A DNA stretch of 64,000 nt from Candidatus Poribacteria bacterium (GTDB lineage Bacteria; Poribacteria; WGA-4E; PCPOR2b). The notes beneath the pieces are model-generated. The model saw nothing but the letters and a program-made list of their open reading frames with translations. It did no database searches and was not told the DNA's origin. Numbering within the stretch: position 1 is the stretch's first letter; each line of letters begins with the position of its first letter. Of this stretch, positions 52,807 through 61,616 are shown piece by piece. A program made the translations under genes and the position numbers. The stretch is from contig OZ242326.1 in assembly GCA_965208325.1 (NCBI GenBank), positions 2,912,001 through 2,976,000 on the forward strand, written 5' to 3'.

Positions 52807-53916
52807 ATGAACAAGCCCACGCGAGTTTGCCTTACTTGTCTATATTTGGCGAGCATGGCAAGCATAGTATCTCATGCTCACAATGAGAACATCGCATCGT
52901 TGATTCAGCAATTTGAACATGCGGATGTGGATGTCCGAGACAGCGCAAGTAAAGCCCTCACCGAAATAGGTGAAGCAGCAGTGCCGGCATTGATTGCGGC
53001 ATTAGACCACGAAAATACCGGGGTGCAGGCGTAGGCTTTGAATACACTGCATGATATGAGAGATCAGTTTCATCAGCTTCTCGACAAGGACACGAGCACC
53101 CCGTATTATAAACACATCGTCCGTGGGTTGGTTAAAGCCCTAAAAGCTGAAGATTCGGATTTGCGTTATGCGGCGATAGTTGGCTTCATAGGTTACACAG
53201 GGCGCGAAGTACTCACACCGGAAGAAATTTCGGGTTTTATCCGGTTATTCTATTATGGATCTCCCATCTTTTCCCCAGATGCCTCCCATATTTTGCTCCC
53301 GCGTATGGGACTTCACGGGCGTTCTGCCTTAATCGAGGCGTTGCACAGTAGCAATTGGGCGCTTAGTTTCGGTACCGCTATCGCTTATGGATATGGTTTT
53401 GCATATACTTACAATAGGCCGGAGCTGAAAGTGGGGCATCTCCCGCCAGCGGTGGTTCCTAGATTAGCTGAAGGATTATCCCATCCAGATTGGAGGGCGC
53501 GAGAAGGAGCGGCTAAGGTCTTGAAACGCCTCGAATCGTGTCGCATTGGCGAAGCGGGAAAAGCGCTTGAAGCATTGCCGCCCTTCGGTATCATATCCCA
53601 AACCATCAAAGATAGGCAGCGATTTAGGGATCCCGATGCTCTCGATTCATTGAATGCCGATGGCATTACTTTCAAATTCAACCGTTCAATTTATTACGAT
53701 GGCGAGATTACAATCAGTTCCCATGATGGTGAACAGCTAGGTTGGAATGTTGAAAGGAGCAGTCATTCAGTGACCATAACCCCTCCGGAAGGCAAAGTAC
53801 TGGTGGAAGGTCGGCGCTATACGATTCAACTCAGGGATGTTCGGGACATTGTGGGCAATCAAATCGATGCCGAAATCGAGTTCTCCACAGAAGTGCCGCT
53901 CAGACGCGCCCCTTAA
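52807..53916 (+). pseudogene. paralog of the HEAT+Ig protein interrupted by an in-frame TAG (53032-53034)
   Basis: ORFs 52807-53034 and 53038-53916 are in the same frame and together align with 51661-52782. Confidence 0.8.
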
Positions 53917-53956
53917 AGCCTCTAACTCGGATAGACAACATGTGAAACTTCACATC

Positions 53957-54745
53957 ATGCTGTTGAAAAGTTTAATGCTCTTTTGTGGGTTTTGTTTGTT
54001 CATTAGCTGCTCAACGAATGAAGGGACACAACCAATGACGATAAAAACGATAATTGATGCTTGGGTGGCATCAGACCCGTCTTACACTTGGAGTCCGCCA
54101 GCAACTGAAGCCGAAATTCGCGCTGCGGAAGAACAAATCGGCTCGCCCCTTCCGCCCCCGCTGCGTGAACTCTATCAATTCTCTAATGGTGGTGACATTA
54201 TGGACGTAGTGTTTTTATTTCAGCTTTTACCCAACAACATTTCTTCTTTAGGACTAAGCAATTCCACTGCAATGTTCAATGAGTTGGGTTGGCATAATCC
54301 TCAAGAAATTCTGTTGTTTGCTACCAATGGGCTTTCGGAGGCGTATGGTATCTGGTTGCCAGAAACTGACAGTGAGGTTTTCAAACAACCGATTATCGAA
54401 GTTGCCCCTACCGACGAAGGGTGCATGGCTGTTGTTGGAACAAACTTGACATCTTTTTTGCTTGGCAGAACTGCCTACCACTTAGTGTTTGAGATTGACA
54501 ATTTCGATGGTAGCAAGAAACCAGACGCATCCAAGAAATTAAAGCAACTACAGATAGCTCTGGATATTTTACAAGTGCCACAAACATTTCGGCATGTTGA
54601 ATTTTTCGACGATTCTGACCATCACTTTTCGCAAATTATAAAGTGGGCAGATCCATCACTACCCAATCCGTGTGCCAGTTCTTATATCCAGGAGTATACC
54701 GTCACAGACCTAAAAAAACTGTTTGGCGATTCGAGAGATGACTAA
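53957..54745 (+). CDS. SMI1/KNR4 (SUKH) family lipoprotein, candidate immunity protein
   Basis: lipobox FISC; PPATEAEIRAAEEQIGSPLPPPLRELYQFSNGG. Confidence 0.85.
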   Translation: MLLKSLMLFCGFCLFISCSTNEGTQPMTIKTIIDAWVASDPSYTWSPPATEAEIRAAEEQIGSPLPPPLRELYQFSNGGDIMDVVFLFQLLPNNISSLGLSNSTAMFNELGWHNPQEILLFATNGLSEAYGIWLPETDSEVFKQPIIEVAPTDEGCMAVVGTNLTSFLLGRTAYHLVFEIDNFDGSKKPDASKKLKQLQIALDILQVPQTFRHVEFFDDSDHHFSQIIKWADPSLPNPCASSYIQEYTVTDLKKLFGDSRDD

Positions 54746-54767
54746 TCCATCAATCTAGGGAGACAAA

Positions 54768-56219
54768 ATGAAACACAAAAGGAGCATTCTTCTTTTTATT
54801 TTTGTGTTAGCTAGTTTGGCTTGGAACGCTCCAGCATCGATTGGACAAGAGATAGAATCGCTTATCAATCAGCTTGACAACGAAGATGAAGATGATTCGG
54901 TTCGTCACAATGCGTCTAAACGCTTGGCTCAAAATGGCGCCCCAGCCGTGCCGGAATTGGTGAGCGTATTGCCGGAAGCAGATCTGGAACTCGCTTTAAG
55001 CATCGTTGAGACTTTGACGCTTATGGGCAGCGATGCCGAGTCCGCTGTATCAGCATTGATAGAGGCATTAAGGAAGCCGAATTTTTCTGTCTACAGACGA
55101 AAAATGTTTGTGGATTTTCACGATAGCTGCGTTGAAGCTCTTGTTGAAATTGGCACTCCCGCTGTCCCGGCGCTAAAAGACGTTTTAAGCGATGCCAATG
55201 CAGAATTGCGTTATCATGCGGCACGGACGCTAAGTAACATGGGTTATAAAGCTAACCCCGCCGCCATTGCGTTAGTACCCCTGCTGAACGATGAATATGA
55301 TAAAGTGCGCATAGCAGCTGCTTCAGCATTAGGTGGCATGAGGTCGCAACCTGTCCCAGATATTGTTATCAATATTAAGAAACAGGCGCTTGAGAGGAGC
55401 ATACAGACAGATGATGCGATGCTTGATAGAGCGGCAGAAGCCGCGATTCCCGATTTGATGAAGATGATAGGGGATGAGAGTAATTCGATTCGCGCCGCCG
55501 CAGTGCGTGCATTAGGCACGTTGGGCGGAGCTGCCGCCGTCCCAGCGTTGACAGTGGCGCTGAAAGACAGGGACGATAACGTCCGCACGATAGCTGCAAT
55601 AACGCTGGGCGAGATTGGCTTTCCCGCCAATGCAGCTGTGCCCACACTGATAAACAAATTGAAGAAGGGCCTATACGAAACAGAAGGGATTCGAGTGTCG
55701 GTTGTGCAAGGATTGGGCGGAATTGGCACTCCTGCTGCTGTGTCCGGGTTGATAGAAGCCTTAAACGATCCATCTGGCTTTGTTCGTAGAATGTCTATAA
55801 CCGAATTAGCCAGAATTGGCGAGCCTGTTGACGACATCATTTTACTACTCATGAAAACGTTAGCCGATACGGATGCTGATGTCCGTGTTGAGGGTTCTCA
55901 AGCGTTAGGCAGAATTGGTGTTCCCGCCGTTCCTGCCTTGACTGAGGGATTGAGCCACGAAACACTAGAGGTTCGGATTTGGTCTGCCTACGCCTTGTCA
56001 CAGATAGAGGGGGACATTCAAGTTGCCGAGCCCGTCTTAATACAGGCATTACGAGATAAAGACAAGGATGTTCGTCGCTATGCGGCTTATGCATTGAAAA
56101 AGATTGGAACGCCTGAAGCGATTAAGGCTGCCATTCCTGTATTGGAGAAAGACGACGAACCTATCATGTCAACGCACGTAAAAAAGCAACTGAAGCATCG
56201 AAAGCCGTCGGGGTTTTGA
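54768..56219 (+). CDS. exported HEAT/PBS-lyase repeat protein
   Basis: signal peptide; many VR..AA.ALG.IG..AVPAL repeats. Confidence 0.88.
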   Translation: MKHKRSILLFIFVLASLAWNAPASIGQEIESLINQLDNEDEDDSVRHNASKRLAQNGAPAVPELVSVLPEADLELALSIVETLTLMGSDAESAVSALIEALRKPNFSVYRRKMFVDFHDSCVEALVEIGTPAVPALKDVLSDANAELRYHAARTLSNMGYKANPAAIALVPLLNDEYDKVRIAAASALGGMRSQPVPDIVINIKKQALERSIQTDDAMLDRAAEAAIPDLMKMIGDESNSIRAAAVRALGTLGGAAAVPALTVALKDRDDNVRTIAAITLGEIGFPANAAVPTLINKLKKGLYETEGIRVSVVQGLGGIGTPAAVSGLIEALNDPSGFVRRMSITELARIGEPVDDIILLLMKTLADTDADVRVEGSQALGRIGVPAVPALTEGLSHETLEVRIWSAYALSQIEGDIQVAEPVLIQALRDKDKDVRRYAAYALKKIGTPEAIKAAIPVLEKDDEPIMSTHVKKQLKHRKPSGF

Positions 56220-56225
56220 AAAACA

Positions 56226-56366
56226 ATGATAAAGCACAAGCGATTTGTCCTTATCTGTCTATATTCGGTGAGCATAGTACCTCACGCTCACAATGTGAAA
56301 ACCATCTGGATTCATCAACAATTCGACGAAAGGAGCGGGCGAATAAAACGCCCGAATACGCAATGA
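56226..56366 (+). pseudogene. 46-aa chimeric junction ORF (HEAT-Ig signal peptide fused to the transglutaminase C-terminus)
   Basis: MIKHKRFVLICLYSVSIVPHAH + NVKTIWIHQQFDERSGRIKRPNTQ, versus HVKTIWIYQLFNERSGRIKRPNML in 49944-50816. Confidence 0.7.
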
Positions 56367-57219
56367 CTATGAACACAGTTAAACGATTTACCCTTCTGAT
56401 AATACTGTTGATCTTTATCGCTTCACCGGCTATAGAAGCCTATTACGACCCACACGTCGGACGCTTTACGCAGAGAGACCCCGCCGGAGACGGGGTGAAC
56501 CACTATGCGTATGGCGCGAATAACCCGATGAAGTTTGTTGACCCGACAGGGATGTATATCGTCCTGCCGGGCGGCACCGAAATAAGAAGCGTCCCTGATC
56601 AAATTGATGGTAGCTATGTAATGCCCGGCGGTTTGTCAAGCGACAGCCAGGCGGTTTGGGATTCATTATTCACAGGGGGGAAGGGCACAGGAATCGCTGG
56701 CAGTAACACCGCACGCGATATGCTGGCCACTATTATTAACAGCCCGATACGAGTGGAGATAAAGTTTGATCGGTCGTTACCGAAGGCGACTCTAGGCACG
56801 GCAGAAAATGTGGGCGAACTCATTCTGGTAGACATCAATACGGATCTCAGGTCGTCGAATCCAAAGCGGACAATGACTCTACTTCATGAACTGTCTCATG
56901 CCCATGACTATATGACAATGCCGTCAGACTACGGAAATGGTAATCCCTACCATGCTAGTATGTTTCGGAGTTGAGGGCTTATGGTCTTGGAGCCAAGTAC
57001 GCAAGAGAGATGGATAGAAAAAATGGAAATTATAATCCCGACGGCTTGTTTAGCAGATATACCGGCTTTAATCCACACCGCCACCTTACAGACCCTGGCC
57101 CCGTACCACCTACGTCCGCGGGCTATACGGGCTATCGTTTAAGTGGCAGTGCCGGCTATAATTCCATGGGCTATTACAGGCAACTTCACTCTTTAGCAAT
57201 GGGGTCAATGACATATTAA
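56363..57219 (+). pseudogene. second signal peptide-RHS core-HExxH gene with a 1-bp frameshift near 56959
   Basis: near-identical leader and core; LLHELSHAHDY; restoring one T gives SYVSELRAYGL, matching SYVTEMKAFGL. Confidence 0.8.
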
Positions 57220-57247
57220 CTTGGCACTAATCTACAGAGGGCAAAAC

Positions 57248-58530
57248 ATGAACAAGCATAAACTGGGAGGGATTATCTGTCTATATTTGGTGAGCATGGC
57301 AAGCATAGTATCTCACGCTCATCTTCAAGATAAGGAAATCGCATCGCTAATTCAGCAATTTGACCATCCGGAGGCGCGTGTTCAATACAGCGCGGCGTGG
57401 AATGCGGCGCTCGATGCACAGCGATCACTCGTCGAAATTGGCGAACCCGCAGTGCCGGCTTTGATTATGGCATTAGACCACAAAAGCCCCGATGTGCGCC
57501 AGAATACTGCGGAGGTGCTAATCGATATGCTGGCTCAAAATAACGGTGCTATCAATGACTTGTCAGAGTTAAAGCCTTTAGTCCCGAATTTTAATGATAC
57601 TCCAATTACAACTTCGGCCCGCATCGAACACTTTACCCGCCTCAACGAAGTCATTACACATGCACTGATTAAACGCTTAAAAGATGATGATGCTCAGGTG
57701 CGTTCTAGGGTAGTGGATTATTTCTTGAGATCTTCCGAGATTTCCTCGAAAGCATTAGCCCCGGAAGTTGTTTCGGGCTTAACCCTGTCACTCTATTATG
57801 GATCGCCCTTCTTTAGTAGATCCGATGCCCTCAAAATTCGGCGCAAAATAACGGGTGCGGCACGGATAACCCATGCGTTGACGTTGCAAAACAATGATGT
57901 GTTGCACAGTAGCGAATGGCCGCTTCGTTTCGGTTCCGCCATCGCTTATGGATATGCGATTGGTAGTCGTGCGGTGTTCATAGAGGACGTGCCCCATCCC
58001 TCTAAAACTATAAAAGCAATAACTTCTACGTTAATTGAAGGATTAACCCATCCAGATTGGCAGACACAAGAAGACGCGATTGATGTCTTGGATTGTCTCA
58101 GATATTACTATTATCATCTCTTTGATGATAGAGCGAAACAAGCGCTTGAAGCATTACCTCCTTTCGGTATCATATTCCAAACCATCAGAGATAAAGATGA
58201 CGTTCCCCATCTTCTCGATTCATTGAATACCGACGGCATAACTTTCAAATTCAACCGTTCAATTCATAGGATGGGGACGATTACAATCAAACAAGTTAGT
58301 GTTCGTGGTAGACCGGTTGAGCCTGGTTTGGAATTGGGTTGGAATATTGAAAAGAGCAGCCATTCAGTGACCATAACCCCCCCGAAGGGAAAGAACTGGT
58401 GAATGTTAGCCGCTATACGATTCAACTTAGGGGTTTTGAGGATGTTCTGGGGTATCATCAACTCGCCGCCGAAATCGAGTTTTCAGTAGAAGTGCCGCTC
58501 AACCTCCGACACCTACACCAAAGCCCCTAA
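57248..58530 (+). pseudogene. third HEAT+Ig paralog, frameshifted in a C7 run (~58377-58383)
   Basis: continuation frame ELVNVSRYTIQLRGFEDVLG..AEIEFSVEVP matches the paralog C-termini. Confidence 0.75.
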
Positions 58531-58642
58531 TCTCGATTCTAAGCGTTTTTTGCTGTCAGTAAGGATTACTCTCTAGGGAGCAAAAAACGCTCAGAACCCG
58601 CCATTCTGTAAAGCCTGTTGGCGTTTTTCTTACAGTCCGCTT

Positions 58643-58996
58643 TTAATCAATGCAATAATACACAGGACTTTGGGGTGCGCCATTCCAATCACATTCTAAG
58701 TATTCCATGAGAGCAGTCATCGACGCCGGTTCGTAGTGGTTACATTGCCTCGCCATTACTAATTCGTGACGATTGGCGTCTTTGGCAGCCATGCGTTCCA
58801 AACGACAGTGATATGCCCAGCCTAGCAGCCGTCTCACCTCGATCGCACGCTTGCAATCGTCAAATATCTTGCGACTATGAAACGACACAAGCCAAAATAA
58901 ATCATCGTGGGAGTAAAAACGGCGGAAGTGCAAACGACCATAGACCTGCCGCTTGCGATTGGGATACTGTGTGGGCCCGCACGTCTTATCGAGCAT
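58643..58996 (-). CDS. hypothetical protein
   Basis: 117 aa, ATG after AAAGGTG. Confidence 0.45.
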   Translation of the reverse strand: MLDKTCGPTQYPNRKRQVYGRLHFRRFYSHDDLFWLVSFHSRKIFDDCKRAIEVRRLLGWAYHCRLERMAAKDANRHELVMARQCNHYEPASMTALMEYLECDWNGAPQSPVYYCID

Positions 58997-59122
58997 TTAG
59001 CACCTTTCAGTCCGCTTTATCACGATTGACCGGTACGTGTCAATCTATACGCTTGCAGCTTCAATCGAATCCACGCCATTACAGGAGACCGCGGCGGCGA
59101 TTCCGAGCGTTTTACCAAGCCT

Positions 59123-59310
59123 TTATTCCAAGATTTTCATGTTCCCATGTCTATCTTGTGTGAAAACTATCCCGCCGTGGTCATGGATACCGACCTTCGC
59201 CCGCGAATTGATGTCCTTGCCTTGCGCAACGACAAAACCGCCGTCGTCATTGACATCGAGCCTCGACATTGATAGGCCGTCATTGCCATAGGCATCAACC
59301 GTCCCGCCGT
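59123..59310 (-). pseudogene. C-terminal fragment of a paralog of 59827-60225
   Basis: unannotated frame DGGTVDAYGNDGLSMSRLDVNDDGGFVVAQGKDINSRAKVGIHDHGGIVFTQDRHGNMKILE*. Confidence 0.55.
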
Positions 59311-59801
59311 CTGCATATCAACGACAGTGGCGCCGGCACGGGCTAACGATACCGCCGAACCGACACGTAGCGAATGCCCACTGATAAATCCCTCAACGCC
59401 GGCTTCACTGGCCCAACGCTTAATGGCGTTCCTAGCCACCTCAGCCGATAGCCGCCCCTTGCCGATATGCTGATGGTATCGAACACGGCGAAACAAAGCC
59501 CCCGATTCGATTCCCGCTCTCTTACAGTAACGCTTAATCACCCGGCACGTCGATTCGCCGATGTAAAGCGTAGCACCCTCACCTTCTTGATCGGTCTTAC
59601 TCTTCCTGACTTCCAAAACGCCGTCGTGGATGTCCTCTACATTGACCGCGACAGCTTCAGAGACCCGGAGCAGACAATCACTCATGAGATTGATTATGGC
59701 TGAATCACGCAGACCCGCTAACGTTCTACTGGCTTCGGCAAACGAACATACCCGTTCAACTTCCTGCCATGTAAGCCCTTCAACTTGACCGCGACCGCCT
59801 T
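59297..59801 (-). pseudogene. Cre-like tyrosine recombinase fragment
   Basis: GRGQVEGLTWQEVERVC..GLRDSAII..LLRVSE, SKTDQEG, SGHSLRVG, DMQTAGR; N-terminus and the C-terminal catalytic Tyr segment are missing. Confidence 0.85.
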
Positions 59802-59826
59802 TTTACCTTGTTCCGCTTGTGCGATC

Positions 59827-60225
59827 TCATTCATCTTCGTCCCCCTTACGTCCTTTCCCCAGGACTTTTGATTCCCCGTCCTCATCCATGAGAACAAGCA
59901 GCCCGCCGTGTTTACCGGCGCCAAGTCCGCCCTGCAATACCCCTTGCTCGCCATAAACACTGACCCGCCCACCCTGTTCACCAGCGTGAAGGAGCGCCCC
60001 CGACTTTCTGTCCTTCTTGCCATAGACTGTGACGACCCCGCCGTGATCGCCGGCACTGAGAAGCACCTGCGCGTCGCCCAACATATCCACGACCTCAAGT
60101 TCGGCACACCGTATCTTGGCAAACGTATCGCGTTGTGCCGTGCCGGACGAAACCAGCACCGCCGTGATTAAACTGCCTATTATGCCGCCGATGATACTGC
60201 TGATAACCTGCTTTTTCGTGTTCAA
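59827..60225 (-). CDS. hypothetical exported Gly-rich beta-repeat protein
   Basis: AGGAGG RBS, TTG start, signal anchor, GG.V.VYG repeats. Confidence 0.65.
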   Translation of the reverse strand: MNTKKQVISSIIGGIIGSLITAVLVSSGTAQRDTFAKIRCAELEVVDMLGDAQVLLSAGDHGGVVTVYGKKDRKSGALLHAGEQGGRVSVYGEQGVLQGGLGAGKHGGLLVLMDEDGESKVLGKGRKGDEDE

Positions 60226-60308
60226 AGCGACCTCCTTTTAGGTTGGGTTAGAGACGCACATCCTTATTACTAATGATTACATCATGACTTTCCAACCATC
60301 CCGAACCG

Positions 60309-60590
60309 CTACAACTTCTTCCTCGTATTGAACTGCGCAATAAAATCTAGATGGTTCTGCAGTATCGTCGCTAGCATCGCGTCTTGTTTGTCTAATCGTC
60401 GATTGACATCATCTATCCTTCGATCCATCTCCGATGCCCGCTGATCCATGCGGTTCTCTAACATTCTCGCTTGTGTCAGTACCTCCTTTTTTACCCCTTT
60501 GCGCAAGTTCGAGAGCGCTTTCCACACGATACCTACTATCACGATTATCGTCCCCGCCGTATACACAACATCCATCAAATACACATTCAC
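60309..60590 (-). CDS. TM-anchored coiled-coil protein
   Basis: N-terminal TM, then RMDQR..MDRRIDDVNRRLD heptads. Confidence 0.65.
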   Translation of the reverse strand: MNVYLMDVVYTAGTIIVIVGIVWKALSNLRKGVKKEVLTQARMLENRMDQRASEMDRRIDDVNRRLDKQDAMLATILQNHLDFIAQFNTRKKL

Positions 60591-61067
60591 TGTTTTCCCC
60601 CTTTCAATTGGTCATTCACTCATTGGAATTTGCTCATCCTAATCTTCTTGCGCCGCCGCCGATACCCGTGATCATTCAAGGTCAATCTCTGTCTCCATAC
60701 CGGTCAAAAGCAAGTTGACACGAGTTAATGCCTGTGTTAGAATGGCGCAGTATTTCAACCCTTGCGCTATATGGTGTGGCATAGTACCCCAAATACGCTG
60801 TGTGTATCCGCCCTTATTGACGAAAATCACATTGATGGGAATAGACATCAATTGGGTTTGTAAATAAATTGCCCACTCAAGGGAAGGTGTTTTAGCAAAT
60901 ATCCAGTGTTTAAGCGTTAGGAGCGATTTGGGGGCAAATAAATTGGAGTGCGAAAGTTCAATTTCCGCCGGTCCATACACGTAAGCAATTCAGTCATGGA
61001 CATGAGAATCTCATCATCAGCGAAAACAAAATTTCCGCACTCCTTTGGTAGGGTCTGATTCTAAAGG

Positions 61068-61439
61068 TTAGTTCGTCGCTTCGGCGCTGAATCCTGCTTG
61101 TTTAACAGCGTCAGTAAGTTGTGCAACTGAGGCTTTACCTGTATCGCACTGAACTACCGCTTTACCTTCCGCTTGAGAAACATTGACACTAATCACGCCA
61201 GGTACTTGAGTAAGTGCAGACTGCACTTTGGCTACACAACCGCCTCACGTGAGTCCCGTAACCGCTAACGTGATTTCTTTAGCGGCAGCAGTCTCCATTG
61301 ATGGCTCTTCAGCCGCGGCATCCGCAGCCTCACTAGTCTGCTGTGATGTTTCGGGTGCCTGTTCCATCTTCTCCGATGCGCAGCCAATGACGAAAATCAT
61401 CGCCGCGCAACAGAGCAGAGCCAACTGTAATAAACGCAT
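61068..61439 (-). CDS. selenocysteine-containing heavy-metal-associated (HMA/CopZ-like) lipoprotein, 123 aa
   Basis: lipobox VIGC; ITLAVTGLT-[TGA 61247-61245]-GGCVAKVQSALTQVPGV..AVKQAGF continues the HMA fold in frame. Confidence 0.85.
61212..61228 (-). promoter_or_regulatory. putative bacterial SECIS hairpin
   Basis: AAGTGCA-GTC-TGCACTT starting 16 nt after the TGA; resembles the GCAGGUCUGC apex of the E. coli fdhF SECIS. Confidence 0.75.
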
Positions 61440-61616
61440 TTTGAGTAACCTCCTCTTCCATTAAAGATTTAAGTATGCGGTTATTCTACGCCATTGACTC
61501 ACATTTTGTCAATTATAATCGGAACGAAGCGTGAAATACAAATTCAATGTGATTGCAACCCTAAGCGTTCAGGGTATAAACTTAAATACACATCGCGTCC
61601 AACCGCGCACGCCCTT

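Noticed and set aside
53032..53034. Pyrrolysine or stop-codon reassignment at the TAG
   Set aside because: TAG terminates ordinary genes here (e.g. hisF, thiC), and neighbouring paralogs also carry lesions; a nonsense mutation is simpler
60672..60980. ORF of 102 aa
   Set aside because: No clear RBS or motif; may be a decayed fragment
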